DNA of 64,000 bases from Callorhinchus milii (taxonomy: Eukaryota). Below are positions 26,480-40,694 of this stretch, piece by piece. The stretch lies in the NCBI RefSeq assembly GCF_018977255.1, contig NW_024704743.1:32118001-32182000 (forward strand), in the 5' to 3' direction. Both the position numbers and the translations under genes were made by a program. Within the stretch, counting starts at the first letter, position 1. Each line of letters opens with the position of its first letter. The notes under the pieces were generated by a model, which did no database searches, was not told the DNA's origin, and saw nothing but the letters and a program-made list of their open reading frames with translations.

Positions 26480-26830
26480 ATAACCTAGGCTGGCACTCCA
26501 TTGCAATGTTGGGGAAAGGCTGCATTGTTAAAGGTGCCATCCTTTGGATGAGACTTTAAGCTGAGGTCCCATCTGCCTGTTTAGGTGGACATTAAAGATT
26601 CCACAACACTATTCAAAACAGTGAAGGGAGATTCCTCTGGTGTCCTGACCAACAATCCTTTCAATCAAATTAGTTGTTCCCTTCTTGGCTGTTTGTCAGA
26701 TATTGCTGTTTGCAAATTGGCTGCCGCGTTTATCCGCAAATACAGTCACCACACTTCAGTAAAATCCTGTGAAGCACTTTTGAGACGTTTCGACGATGTG
26801 ATAAGGGGCAAAATCAAATGCAAGGATTAC
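26480..26830 (+). mobile_element. Deu-domain-type SINE
   Basis: cccatctgcctgtttaggtggacattaaagattccac core plus an L2-like tail. Confidence 0.6.
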
Positions 26831-27309
26831 TGTAAAAGCCAAAAAGGATAGTTAAAAATGTTACATTGATGTAAAGGGAGAAACTACATTGTTTTCTGTT
26901 CTCTTCATCATATCTACATGCCTAAGCCTGGATAATCATGTCCTACAAATAGACTATTGTAGCATGTGGAATCCATTCAAGGGGGTGGGGGGGAGGGGGA
27001 GGGGGCGGGGGAATTGTAACAGTATCCAAGGTGCAAATATGGAATTTAAAAAAATTAACTTCATCTTCTTTAAAATGTGCCAACCTACTCTCTAAAATGA
27101 AGGAAAGCAGAGTGCATCCCTCCAGGGAGAGACTGCATTCCATTCTAGACATGGGAAATTCCATGTGCGGCTGGCATAGAACTCTCAGTCTGGTTTGGAT
27201 ACCCTTAAAGCAAGGATGATGGATTTCTGCATGTCAAGACACTCAGCTGACCAGAAAGAAAAAAAAATACAAATATACCATTAAGTTTAGTTATTTTTTT
27301 ACGCAACTT

Positions 27310-28512
27310 TTTACACTGTCGACCACTCCATCCTCATACACCGCCTCTACACTTTACTTAATCTTCGCGGACCTGCCCTTGCCTGGTTCGATTCCTACCT
27401 CTCTCACCGTCTCCACTTTGTTGCCTCTAATGGTTTCTCCTCCATCCCCCGCACTGTCACATCTGGCGTCCCCCAGGGCTCTGTCCTTTGGCCCTCTCCT
27501 CTTTAACATCTACATACTCTCCCTTGGTGACATCATCCGCAGACATGGGGTCAACTTCCACATGTATGCGCATGACACCCATCTCTATCTTTCTGCCTCC
27601 ACCCTCAACTCCAGGACCACTGCTGTCCTGACAGACTGCGCGTCGGACATCAAGTCCTGGATGAGGGCAAATTTCCTACGGTTGAATGTGAACAAGACTG
27701 AGGCCCTCCTGATTGGCTCGTGCACCTCAGGCTCTGGCAGAATCAACCTCCATGGTTGCACACTACAACCTACTAAGTCTGTCAGGAACCTGAGTGTTTT
27801 GTTCAACCCTCAACTGTCTTTTCTCCCCCACATTCTAGCCATGACCTGCTCGGCCTTCCCTCACCTCCATAACATCACCCGACTCCACCACTACCTCACC
27901 CCTCAGGCCATCGAAACTCTTGTTCATGCCTTCATCACCTTCAGGCTTGACTATGCAAATGCCCTGCTTGTCGGCCTTCCAAACTCCTCTCTCCACAGGC
28001 TGCAGATAATCCAGAACTCTGCAGCCCATGTCCTCTCCCGCACCAAACTCTGTGACCCCAACTCCCCCACTCTCGCCCGACTCCACTGGCTCCCCATCCT
28101 TCAGAGGATCCAGTTCAAGATCATGGTCCTCACATACAAAGCCCTCCATGGCCTCGCCCCACCCTACCTCCTAGTCCCCTTCCAACCCACCCGTTCCCTC
28201 CCCTCAGCCGGCTCTGGCCTGCTACACGTCCCCCAACCCACCTGCCCCACCAATGGCGGGAGAGCCTTCAGCCACTCTGCCCCAACCTCTGGAATTCCAT
28301 CCCCCAGTCACTCTGCCTCGCCCCCTCCTTAGCCTCCTTCAAGTCCTGCATCAAGACCCTCCTCTTCGACCATGCCATTGGCCAACCCCCTTGCCCTCCC
28401 TTCCCTTCTCCTCCCCTGACCCCAGCTCGGGTCTGAAATGCTGTACTCTGTCCAGCGCCTTGGGACGTCCTCCTGACATGAAAGGCACTATATAAATGTA
28501 ATCTTGTTGTTG
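27310..28512 (+). mobile_element. 5'-truncated L2 LINE (RT C-terminal half plus tail)
   Basis: GPLLFNIY...[11 protein letters not shown] (YADD mutated)...[13 protein letters not shown]; (gtt)n tail. Confidence 0.92.
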
Positions 28513-28632
28513 ACTTGGAAACTACTTTTTACAGAAACTATAACAGCGGGATGTACAATTAATGTACGAGCATGGCTTCATATTTATAAATGAAATCGCT
28601 GTGAAGTAAGATTTAAAAGGAGTACGTCTTAC

Positions 28633-28764
28633 TGGAGCATTTAGTTGGATGTCCAAACCATCACTTAATTTGTTGATGACAGAAGAGTAACCTGCTGTGA
28701 AGAGACTGTGATCACCTGCAAACTGAGCAAAAAACTCATTGTGGTCCCAGGAACGAGCAGACAC
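28633..28764 (-). CDS. KDM1B: KDM1B coding exon 14
   Basis: VSARSWDHNEFFAQFAGDHSLFTAGYSSVINKLSDGLDIQLNAP; 132 nt. Confidence 0.96.
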
Positions 28765-30403
28765 CTAGAATGAAAATTAAAAGTTAATTAACAAAATATG
28801 AACATCTCTATGATTGACCTTTAAATACAGTGTTAATGGCTCCTGAACAATGATGTACAAAAGGAGTACTTTTGAATTTAATACGTGACTGCAGTCATAA
28901 TAGCTTTTCACGCAACGATTTGTTTTGAAGATTACAAAATATGCATCCTGTGACCTTTTGCACTATTTTTTCCTACACTTCACTTTTTTTTGAATAATGT
29001 GGCATGTAGCAAACTGGAAATCAAATATTTATAACATAATTTGCTATTAGTAAGGGAACAAAAGCATTAAGTTGAAAGGTAAAAGCAGAGAGCTTGTAGA
29101 GAATTATAAAATGTATAACCTATTTTCACACCAATTATAAATAGAGACCTGACTGAAGCCAAAAATAACTCTGTAAGGGGTTGGGAGTAGGGTCTTGTGA
29201 AGAAGAGAATATTTGAATAAAACGACAAGAAAGATCACCAGGGCAAAGAGAATGGAAAAAATGTTACAAATTTATTCCAATAAATAAAGAAGGGCATCAG
29301 GGAAAGCGCAGAACTAGACACAGGCAATTTTAATAACAGAGAATTAAAGTAAAATGAGTGTGATTTTTCATAAAAAGGGAATGATATATACAGAACCAGC
29401 ACAAGAATTTCTTGGTGCATCATCAGATGGCATGAGCAAATTCATACTATATCTGATAGAGTAATTGCAAAGAGTTCTTGGAAAATCTGGAAGGTATGAA
29501 GTATCCAAGAAGTACTGATCAGCATGTTATTAGATTCAATATGTGTCAACGACTGAAGTGATGATAAATGTAGGCGGCCCGGGTTTTAGGAATACTGATA
29601 AGGGTCAAGAAGTATGAACGTGGAAACTCAACTCTTTAACAATAAATGAGGGTAGATCAAAAGTATTTAAGAATTATGTTCGGCAGGGTGCAAATGAAAT
29701 ATGTACCATACAAAAGTCTACTTAATATTTCACAGTTAAGTTACAGAATAAAGCAAAAATAGGGAAGAGGGAGACGTTAAAAGATGAAACAAAGCTGGAA
29801 CAGACAAAGGAAAGAATTTTTTTTGGTGGGGGAGGAGAGTAGGGATCTAAAAATCTGGATTGATTATAGCATGAAGAGTCAGCAGTCTGAAGATGCACAG
29901 TACTAGAGGTTTATCAAGGACGACAAAATAAACCAATTCACCAACTTGCTGCATTCAAATAAAGACAATGTTTAATGATAATAAGTATTCATGAATGCAA
30001 ATGATTAATTAGACTGGCTTCTGCAGCCAGATGATCTAGGGTCTGCTGAAAAGCTAACTCAATGCTGAACACTTTCTATTCTGCTATTCAAGCAATTGAT
30101 CAAATTGTTTATCCTTGCAGATACCGAGTGAAGTTGAAATATTTTATAAGAAGTACATTTTGAGACAATGTTAGTGTGCAAATCAAAGGATTTAATATAC
30201 TGAACAGAACACAAAATATACAGTCAATTCACTTTACTGTATATTCTGTGAAGCGCTTTGAGATGTCTTGAAGACCTGATAAGGCACTATATCAAATGCA
30301 AGGATTACTTGTAGTATTATTATAATAGAACATACATTTGAAGCTTTGTAGCATCAAAGTCTAAGATCAAAGATGCATTGATAGATCTAGTTTAATTTCT
30401 TAC

Positions 30404-30531
30404 CTGGTGTAAACTGCTGCCACAAGCATATTCAAGATTGCTTAGGTGAAACTGCAGCACCTTGGCTTCTAAGTCACTGAACTGCAGACCAGATTCCTGG
30501 ATAAAAGTGTTATAGATCACTTCAATCTTTT
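30404..30531 (-). CDS. KDM1B: KDM1B coding exon 13
   Basis: EKIEVIYNTFIQESGLQFSDLEAKVLQFHLSNLEYACGSSLHQ; 128 nt. Confidence 0.96.
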
Positions 30532-31142
30532 CTGCAAACAAAATGTGTCATCAGTTAAGAGTACTCTTAAAAGTTGGTACAAAAACTTCACAAATCATTT
30601 TCAACAATTTCACAGAGGTAAATGTCTAGTTAGCTCAAGTGAATTTGTTTAGTGAACTGATAATTTGATATGAAGGAAGCTCAGCTGCAAAATTAAGAGA
30701 ATGAAGCATTCATGCTGACCATCAAAACCGATCTTGTTTAATGAAGCAATATTGGAATCAGAAAGTGGGTTACAATAATATCCTGTTACAGCCATTCCAG
30801 TTTTGCTAATGTTAATTATTAATTCCTCAGGAATTTTACAACATACCACAGAAAGGACAAAATCTGTCCTATTCAGTGAGCCAACTCTTGCTCAGCCATC
30901 AGTTTGTATCTGGAGCCCTGAAATTTATGATGGGCTTAAGCTTGGACCATAGTCTTAAAAATTAAGATGGTGTCAATTTTGTAAAATTCTTATGGTCTTA
31001 ATTTGGAAATTGCTCATTAAGAACCACAAAAGCAGTTAATAAAATAATGCTGAATTTAAGAGTTTGGACTAAGATTCTGCACAATCTTAAATTTGACAAT
31101 AATCTTGCAGAATTGTGAATATCGATCTTTTTTAAAAAATTG

Positions 31143-31612
31143 TTGAACAACAACAAGATTTCATTTATAGAGCGCCTTTCACGTCGGGAGACCGTCCCAA
31201 GGCACTGGACAGTTAGGTCAGGACCCGAGCAAGGAGAAAATGGTCAGGGTGAGGGGAGGGAAGGGAGGGAGCGAGGAGGGGGTAGAGAGTTGAGAGGGGA
31301 GGTGAAAGCACGGTCGAAGAGAAAGGTCTTGAGACCGGCCTTGAAGGAGGAAAGGGAGGAGGCGGCGAAGGCACTGGGAGATGAGTTCTAGAGCCTCGGG
31401 GCTGAGAGGCTGAAGGCCCGGCCACCGATGGTAGGGCGGGGGATGTGGAGCAGACCGGAGCCAGAGGAACGGAGGGTACGGGCAGGTAGGTAGGGGGATA
31501 GTAGGTCGGAGAGGTAGGAGGGAGCAAGGTCGTGAATGGCCTTGTAGGTGAGGATGAGGATCTTGAATTCGATCCTCTGGGGGATGGGGAGCCAGTGGAG
31601 GCGAGCGAGGAT
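31143..31612 (-). mobile_element. L2 LINE 3' fragment, young subfamily
   Basis: Nearly identical to the 3' part of the 61250-62010 copy. Confidence 0.9.
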
Positions 31613-31749
31613 CTTCTAAGTGAACAAATAAACCATGACAAAGATAGCAGATATGGTTGCACCAAAATCTTTATCCCAAAACCCATTTGAGGATTCTTCC
31701 AACCTTGGACCAATCTTCATAAAAATAGATATCACGTGAAACAACTCAC

Positions 31750-31921
31750 CTCCAAGAGGGATATCTTGGAGCTGATTCTTGTCTTTCCTCCATTCTGCTA
31801 CAACATCTAGCATGGCATTGAAATGGAAGTCAATGCGTTTGTCCACTGTGGGGTCAGTCACTCTTCCACCTTCTTGAATTAAATCACACCTGTCTCCTAA
31901 TTTGTGCATCTTAATTCCAAA
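31750..31921 (-). CDS. KDM1B: KDM1B coding exon 12
   Basis: FGIKMHKLGDRCDLIQEGGRVTDPTVDKRIDFHFNAMLDVVAEWRKDKNQLQDIPLG; 172 nt. Confidence 0.96.
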
Positions 31922-32758
31922 CTGTAATAATAAATCAAAGTTTTATCAACGCTTGGATAAGTTGTACAGAAAGAAAACATGCACATGCATTTTACTCTGA
32001 ACAAGATGAAACAAATCTCACAAGGTAACTCAATGTGAGGTATGCAGGTCATTAAGAAAGCTCTATGATGCTCATTGAGATGTAGTTTTGTGCCTGTAGT
32101 TTTCAAATTTCAGTTGCAAAACAGAGGAAGATACCAAGTGGAAAACTACAATGGAACACTACAACGAAACACTATAATGAAAGCATGTTGTGTCTGGAGG
32201 ATGAAATGAGGAACACAAGCAATTATGATGGGATAGTATGGAGACTCAAACAGATATTCAATAGTTAGTAACAAAACTTAAGAAATCCTAAAGCATTTTT
32301 ACAGCATACAAATAAAATAACGTGCTCCCCAGACACAGAGTAACTTAATGTCTCAGTAGATAGTGCATTAAATAGAGATGAGTTTTTTTCAAAAAAAACT
32401 TCTATCTGTCAAAAATCTCTAGGAAGAAACTTGATTTAACACAACATTGTGTTGATTATTGATTTTAACCAAATTGCAATGTTATATGGGGCAAAGGAAA
32501 AACTCAAAAATTGAAAGAAGTTTCCTGTAAACCAAAGAATTTTAAAAAACAAATAAATCAAGAATTCCAGCTACTGTTTAAAAGTCAAAATACAAATCTT
32601 TTAAGATTTAATAATGGACATCAAAACTAAAAATGCTATGCAATTATATTCATTATTATTTCAAATCACATGAAAGCCATGCTATCAATTAAGTGGCACT
32701 GAAATGCATTGAATGAATACTCGAGTCTTAGTATTGCTGCTATAATATAGAAACCCAC

Positions 32759-32893
32759 TTGCTCACACATTAGTGCTATGGGGTTGTTAATGCATCCATT
32801 AACAATTTGTGCTCCCTTTCCCACAGTCACTCCAAGAGAGTAGTCATCCCACACACGGCCACCTATTCGGTCTCTGGCTTCCAGCACCATCAC
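32759..32893 (-). CDS. KDM1B: KDM1B coding exon 11
   Basis: [45 protein letters not shown], with the LEAxxRxGGR amine-oxidase motif. Confidence 0.97.
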
Positions 32894-33619
32894 CTGAAGT
32901 GAAAAGGCAACACAATCAGGACATTTAATTTCTCTTCATACATCCCATCTGCATTACAGATGCCAAATGGCATTTGTTTCGGAGGACACTGCACTGTTAA
33001 AACCTTACAGACCTGAGCCATTATTCCAAAACACTTCCCTTAATGGCATAGACTGTTTGTCAAGCAATTTAACACACAATCAGGAGATACATGACCATGA
33101 CACACACAAAATTGCCTAATAATAATCCCTCCAAAAAACAAAACAATAATAAATTGGTCATTTTCAATCCACGATTGTTTGTGAGACACTACTGTGTACA
33201 AATGGCTGCCGCATTTCGCCCACAAATATACAGTCAATTCACTTTACAGCATATTCTGTGAAGCGCTTTGAGACATCTAGAAGACGTGAAAAGCGCTATA
33301 TCAAATGCAAGGATTATTATTATAAAACAAGTCTGTCATCTCCAGCAAAACAAAATACAAGATCCTATTCGTTAGTCTGTTCACCAAGTATTCTTATGAC
33401 AGGATTACAGAGAAGCTTCAACTGAATGTGATTATTTCATCAAGAAAAATTACAAAGCCACAGAACACAATGTGGCTCATCAGGTTAGTAAACATGTGTA
33501 TTTTACCCTATAGTATAGTAACCATGCATAAAATAAATGAGAAGTATTATCACAATACTTAAGATGTTGTTCAAATTTGGAAATTCCTGATTAGGAATGT
33601 TCTCAACAACAACTTGGAT

Positions 33620-35070
33620 TCCCTGGATCCCTCAAAGCCCAGCCACTACCGCCCTACTTCTAACCTGGCGTTGCTCGCAAACGTCCTCGAACGTGTTGTT
33701 GCCAATCAACTTCGCGCACACCTCTCCTCCCACTCCCTCTTCGAACCCCTCCAGTCTGGTTTCCGTCCACAGTACAGAGACTGCGCTTGTGAAAGTCACA
33801 AATGACATCCTCTCTATCTGTAACCAGGGCTCCCTCTGCCTCCTTGTCCTCCTGGATCTCTCCGCCTCGTTCGACACATTCGACCACGCCATCCTCCTCC
33901 ACCGCCTTTCCTCCATCATCCACCTCAGTGGGACCGCCCTTCCTGGTTCGAGTTCTACCTCACAAACCGCCAGCAGTACATCTTCACAAATGGCTTCTCC
34001 TCCCGCTCTCACCCGGTTACCTGTGAGGTACCCCAAGGATCCATCCTCGGCCCCCTCCTCTTTCTGATCTACATGCTCCCTCTTGGGGATGTCATCCGCA
34101 GACATGGGGTACACTTCCACATGTACGCGGACGACACACAACTCTATTTTTCCACCTCTTTGCGACCCCCCGTCCCCTGATGTTCTGTCAGCCTGCCTGT
34201 CAGACATCAGGAGCTGGATGAGTGCAAATTTCCTTCAGCTGAACATTGACAAGACAGAAGCCATACTCTTTGGCTCTCGTCAACATCTAAAATCTCACGG
34301 TTCTCACCTCCTTCACCTACCCGACCTCCCCCTAAAACTATTCAAACCCGTACGCAACCTAGGCGTCAGGTTCGACCTCCAACTATCCTTCCTCCCCCAC
34401 ATCCGATCCCTCACCAGCACGCTTTCTTCCACCTCCGACGCATCCCCCGTCTCTGCCAATACCTCTCTCCAAAAGCCGCTGAAACCCTGGTCCATGCCTT
34501 TGTTACCTCTCGGCTGGACTATTCAAACGTTCTCCTCGCCGGCCTCCCCTCCACTACCATTCACAAAATCCAGATTATTCAAAACTCTGCCGCCTGCCGT
34601 CTCACCCGCACCAAACTCCGCTCGCTGTTTAACCCAGTCCTTGCCAGACTGTACTGGCTGCTTGTCCCAGAGAGGATCGACATCAAGATCCTCACCCTTG
34701 TCTTCAAATTCCTCCATTCCTCTGCACCCCCCTACCTCTCTGACCTCCTCTCTCCTCATAACAGTGCCCGTTACCTTCATTCCTCTGGGTCTGGCCTCCT
34801 CCTCATTCCCCAAGTCCTCCACTCTAACCTCGGCGGCCGTGCCTTCAGCCACTATGCCCCAAGGCTCTGGAACTCCCTTCCTCACTCCCTTCGCCTCACC
34901 CCCCTCTCTTCCTATTTTCAGATCTCTGCTGAAGGCCTTTCTTTTCGACTGTGCCTTTGGTCACCTTCCTCCCCCTCCCCCTGGCTCGGCCCCGGGATCC
35001 GTTACTGTGAAGCGCTCCGAGATGCCGCCCAGCGTGGAGGGCGCTATATACATCCAAGTAGTTGTTGTTG
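33620..35070 (+). mobile_element. 5'-truncated, frameshifted L2 LINE
   Basis: [31 protein letters not shown] and [13 protein letters not shown] motifs spread across frames; (gtt)n tail. Confidence 0.93.
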
Positions 35071-35699
35071 TGCTTAGTGCCATAATGTGAGGAGCTGGAT
35101 TTTGGAACATTCAGCAGTCAGATCTAATGCCTACAAACTTGAAATTATTCAAAAATATGAAAGTATGGAACCAACAACATTTATTCATTCCTTACAATAC
35201 GGCAACGAGTGTAAGTTATCAATGACATTATTTATGTTGGTGGTAAAAATACTTTCAATGCACAATACTCCCCTATTGCCCTGAACTAGCTAAGGAATCT
35301 AAAATGGCTCTTACCTCACTGCATTGTCTCGCTACACCCCACGAAGATCAACATTTTAGTTCACTGCAAGAAAAGTTGCTCAGTAAATACCAACTGCTCG
35401 CCCATCAACAAATAGCTTTGTAAGATAAGCAGGAGGAAAAAAAAACAGCTTTCCTTTCCAGTGCTGGATGCTGAAGTCTGAGTCATCAATACCAGCCAAG
35501 TACCAGTAAGAACTCAATAATGACTGAATTCTATGACCAGATTAAAATACCATCTCGAGTAGTTGAAAATCATTTAACCAGGTCATGGAATTCCCTTCTG
35601 GTTCAACAAACCTATGCTTTACTAACAGCTAAGTACAAATTGTCAAGAATGTCTAAGCCAGTAGAGAGGTAATTCCAAATTGAATTTCTCCCAGTTTAC

Positions 35700-36060
35700 A
35701 TAGTAATGATCTTTGCTTTTATACAGCGCCTTATCACATCATTGAAAAGTCTCAAAAGCAATTCCCAGGGTATACCATAAAATGGATTGACTAGTTTGCA
35801 CACAGCAATCTCACAAACAGCCATGGAGTGAGTGACCAACTTTATTTGGGGAATTTGTTGGCCAGGACACCGGAGAAACTCCCTTTTCTTTTCGAATAGT
35901 GCCATGGGATCTTAAAGTCCACCTGAACAGGCAGATGGGACCTCGGTTTAACATCTCATCTGGAGAACGGAACCTCGAACAAAGCAACACTGCATTGGAG
36001 TGTCAGCTTAGACTATGTGGCTCCCAATGCAGGACTTGAAGCCCAAGTTTCTGACTTAGT
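35700..36060 (-). mobile_element. Deu-domain-type SINE
   Basis: gaatagtgccatgggatcttaaagtccacctgaacaggcagatgggacctcggtttaacatctcatc. Confidence 0.65.
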
Positions 36061-36698
36061 CTGACATTGTGGTAGCATTATTGCCTCCGACACATAATAT
36101 TAAATAATTGATGATGGAGGAAGTGGGGAACAAAAAGAGGATTGTACACTGAAAGCAATCTTCCACAATAAAGGTCCCCATTAACCATCACAAGGCTTTT
36201 TTCAGCATTTACATGTTTTGCTGTTAACACCTGAAGTAAACTAGCAAATTAAGTCGACTGCCATAAGTGAACCTCAGCTCTTTATTAACATTAAGAAACT
36301 AACTGACATGGTTTAGTTAATGGAGCTCCTCACATGCACTCTGTTGCACATAAGCAGTTCTCTTCTACCCACAGCAAAACCAATTGGTGTTCACATCACT
36401 AAGTAGTAATCGAGGACTGACAAACACTACTACTTGAAGCAATCAATTCTCAACCTCATTAGGTTTGTTTGTACAAGCTGAAATAAAACCATAAATTTTG
36501 CATTAATATACCCTGCAACTATATAAGTTAGCAAACGTAAAATATGTTGAATGTGGCATTCAATCCAGGAACAATGCCTAACCTGGATCTTGACAAATCA
36601 TCATCATCTTTACAAAATTTTATTTTGAACACTAAAAATGATCACTCTCAGATATATCCATTGATTAAGGAATTTATTTTTCTGAACTACTGATTTAC

Positions 36699-36773
36699 CT
36701 TTATTCCAAAATTCTGCAGTTGTCGTGCAGCAGCTAAGCCTGCTGCGCCAGCACCAACAACAATGACACTTTT
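36699..36773 (-). CDS. KDM1B: KDM1B coding exon 10 (FAD-binding GxGxxG)
   Basis: KSVIVVGAGAAGLAAARQLQNFGIK; 75 nt. Confidence 0.97.
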
Positions 36774-39739
36774 CTGTAGAAAATAAAAATGTAAATGCAT
36801 TTTTAGTTTATAAATTAATCACAATTTATAAAATTACTATTAAATTGCTTAATATGTATTCTAACATTTCAAAAATAGACACAGTAAATATAAATACGTA
36901 TATATTAAATATAAAAAGCCATATCTAAGGACACTGGATTGTTAATTTCACAAATGTTTCAATTCATGGGGCAGACCAAAATTGAGTTAACTTAATATTT
37001 AAGCGCTCCGAGACACTACCCTGCATGAAGGGTTCTATTCAAATGCAAGTAGTTAACAATTCAAATTTGCAAAAATTCAATTGCCATATTTTCTACTTAG
37101 ATTTAGAATTTACAAATATACTGTTGTGCATTAATAGATTACATACAGACAGTAAATACACAAACTGTTCCATTTGCACAGCTCTAAAGCTTTATTTAAA
37201 ATAACCGTAACTTTAGTTTTGTGGCAAATTAATGCAAAGAACTTATTTTTCAGAGGGTTGAGTTTAAAGTCTTTGTTCTATCTTTCAAATGCCTCAATAT
37301 CCTTGCTCCAACCTACCCACCCTCCGTTTGGCTAGCTCAGGCCTGCTTATCGTTTCCCATCTCATAATTTCTGAGTGAGATTTCAACCGCTTTGCACCCA
37401 CTCTCTGTGCTCTTTCCCTGTATACTTCTGCCCCACAGCTTCCCTGTGCTTTCAAAACCTTTGAGAAAATTCTCTTTTTGATTGCACCTTCTGCCACCTT
37501 CCCCCTTCTCTCCTCCCCCAACCACCATGTTCCACATTGCTTCGGCATCTATTTTGTCTCTTGAAGTACTTGAGATGTTTACTATGTGGAAGGTGCTATA
37601 TAAGTGCGAGTTGCAATATGAGAAACTCCAAAAGCCTGGTTTACACCTGGCTCACGGGCTTTCTGAAATAAACCAAATCATAGGTAGACCTATTCAACCT
37701 CTTCTATAACCCTCAATATTGTTTAATTTATAGCATAAGTGCACCTTCTTTCATTCAATGATAAAGTACAGAAACGATTCAGACAAAGTCTCAATAAAGT
37801 TAATTCCCACTCAACCAAGTTCCTGGGAGGACTTCGCCAATATTTTCCCAACTTCTTTAAAGAATCAACAATGCCAAATTCTAAAGTTTCCTCAAATTAA
37901 TTTACAACGATTGTCTCAAAACAAACATCGTAACTGAATGTATTACAGTAAACCTTTAATAACTTAACCCTAGGATAAGTCGTCGAACACCCACACATAA
38001 TGCATTACTCACTCGGTATCCTGGCTATCAAATGCAAGGATTATTATTATTATTATCCATTAGAAATGTTAATTGTGATCCTGATAATGAGATACCTTTC
38101 GAAACATGTCGGGTGTTTGCAATTTTAACAGGTTTTTGCACGTCATTTATTCAGTCTTTCAGTCACGAAGCGGCATTTGGTCTTACTTCTTCATAGTGGT
38201 AAATACAGATCTCAAATCCCGTTTTTTTTTTGCACAGGCCCACATCACTTAATTTGGACGTGCGTGAAAAACTGGTTGTCTTCCTCCTACCGAATAACCT
38301 CAGCCAAGCAAATGGTTTGGCGTACAGGTAAAATTGTTCCCTCTCCTGTAACCTATGTTATGTTATCAGCTTGCTGTTTATGTATTCACATAGTTAAATA
38401 CCATTTAGTTCCTTGCAATTGTATACGAGCTACTGTAAAGGTCTGCTGTGTGCAATTGTCTGCCACGATTCACCCACAAAATATAGTCAATTCGCCTAAC
38501 AATATTGCGTGAAGCACTTGAGAAGTCCCAAAGAGTTGCTTTATCAAATGCTAGGATTATTATTATGATTATTATGCAAGCATTTTGAATTAAAAAACTT
38601 GAAAGGAAATGTAGAAACCGCTTTCCTGTGCCAATTGGAATACTTTGTACTTTCAAGCTACTGTACTTTGGATAACTGGTCAACTCTGATAAGCAGTTAT
38701 TTGAGCAGTTTCCCTTGGGGTGATGTGTTATCAGAGTTTCACTGTATAATCGTTGAACCAAACAGATCAAAAATTGGAGGAGCACATATTTGGGGAGAAA
38801 GATTTGGGTTTTTTTATCCCCAATTAAAATGTATCCCTAGAAAGTTAGTTTGCATCACTCCAGTAAATGTTCTGCTGCAATAGTTATTTTTAGAATATCT
38901 ATTTTATAACCATATGTGAAAAAACATGTAAAAGATTCAGATATTCTGTATCCAGCAGTTTAGTTAGGAGAAAGCAAAACCAAAGAAAACTTCTAACCAC
39001 AGTTCTGAATAAATTAGTCCTTCCAACCTTCCTAAGGAAACAGTTCCACAAAAACAGATCATCCAACACAAAACAATCACTATTTTTCGGGGGAAGGAAG
39101 GAGGTGATGAAGTAAAGGCTTCAAAATACAGATTTTTTTGCATCATAAACTGTTACAGTTGATATCATCCAGAATGCAAATTCTCTAATAATCTACAAAA
39201 ATGTGATTAGCTTATGAAAATATTTCCTATTTATATACATTTATACAATACGAAAAATTCATTGATGCTAACATTTAGTACCAAAGCAATGCCTTTTTAT
39301 TGGATGACTGCTGTCCAAAAGAATACATTTTCATAACTACATAGAAACCTAGTTCCCATGGTTTCTAAACAGTGTCTCAGCAGCGATGAAGGCTGCCATA
39401 TGGTGTAGAAAACATATTAGCAAACACACAGGCATTATATTCCGTTTTGATTTATGTAAACCACCCAAATGCCCATTTTGTGCAATGATTTGAATTACAT
39501 TTATTGCAGAGGATTGAACTGATTCTCATTCAGGAAACGTCTAGTTTACAATATACTAACTGCAAATCAACATTTTAGGGCAGTAAATTGATGTTTTATT
39601 AGTTTCAAAGTACCCATTAAATTAGATGTAACTAATGATTCCAGGAGGCAGGAAAGTGCACTTTTTCTATTGGCAATATATGCAGATTTTAAAAGTAACA
39701 GGATTAATAACAATGAAAGGATATGCAGCTCTATCCCAC

Positions 39740-39916
39740 CTTGTGGTAATAAGTGGGCAAGAGAGGTTGATCACAATTGACAGCCAAGATCCCAGTATTG
39801 ATCAAGCCCTTCCTTGTCACAAAATGCAAGATCTTCTCCATTTCCTGCACGCAGCATATGCGAACAAGGCCCCGAACGATTATGTGGTATGCACATTTCT
39901 GTGCACTGAGCACCTC
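39740..39916 (-). CDS. KDM1B: KDM1B coding exon 9 (SWIRM, C-terminal half)
   Basis: EVLSAQKCAYHIIVRGLVRICCVQEMEKILHFVTRKGLINTG...; 177 nt. Confidence 0.95.
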
Positions 39917-40694
39917 CTATGAAATAAGATAAAACATAGGACAATTATTTCAGCCAAATGTTGCAGTAGAGGCAGCATATACCGTAGAGCCCTTTTATAA
40001 TGCACAAGTCAATGTCTACAAATTCCCAGCATTTCCACATAATGTATTATGCTGAAATCGGCTGAACATTTTGTGTCCTGGAGCCAAAATGGCTCACTTC
40101 TGCAGCAATAGATCACACTGTCCAAACACAATGCACAGGAAGTGATGTTGCAACTTGATGACCTGGATGTCACCGATTTTTGGATACTCGTGCTCCAACT
40201 AATGTTTTAAAGCATTTATGAGCCAGAGTTTGCATTTTGATTTTTCAGGTAAGTAAATGTTGGGCTTCACAAAGTGATAGAATATGGTTCTACTGTAGTA
40301 CACAAATGTTGAGCAATAACTTCATCTTCCAAGATAAAGCTACATTTGTTTGTTTAAAAATAAACTATGAACATTTTGGAGGAGATCAAGGTCTCTTCCC
40401 ATTTTAAAATTTCAGCTGAGGTAAGGAAAGAGAGAGAAATCACAGCTGCCTCTCCTTTTGTTGCTGAGGTGACCTTTGTTGAGAGTATACAGTGAGGTTA
40501 AAGTAAGCCATTGAAGCAGCCCAATTCCAGACACAATAAAAAGAATGGGCATTTGGACAAAATATCAGAAGACTACAATTATCCATGAAATTGTACCTCA
40601 GCAGAATTTTTGAACATCAGAAAAGGAAAAATAAAATGAGAACAATTTGGGGGAGAGGGGAATGGAAATATATATAGTCTATACAAAAGCTTAC

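Noticed and set aside
27379..28332. 317-aa ORF as a functional or domesticated reverse transcriptase
   Set aside because: 5'-truncated, frameshifted at the start, and the catalytic YADD reads YAHD; an ordinary dead L2 copy.
34083..35090. 335-aa ORF as a gene
   Set aside because: It runs through shifted frames of a decayed L2 copy.
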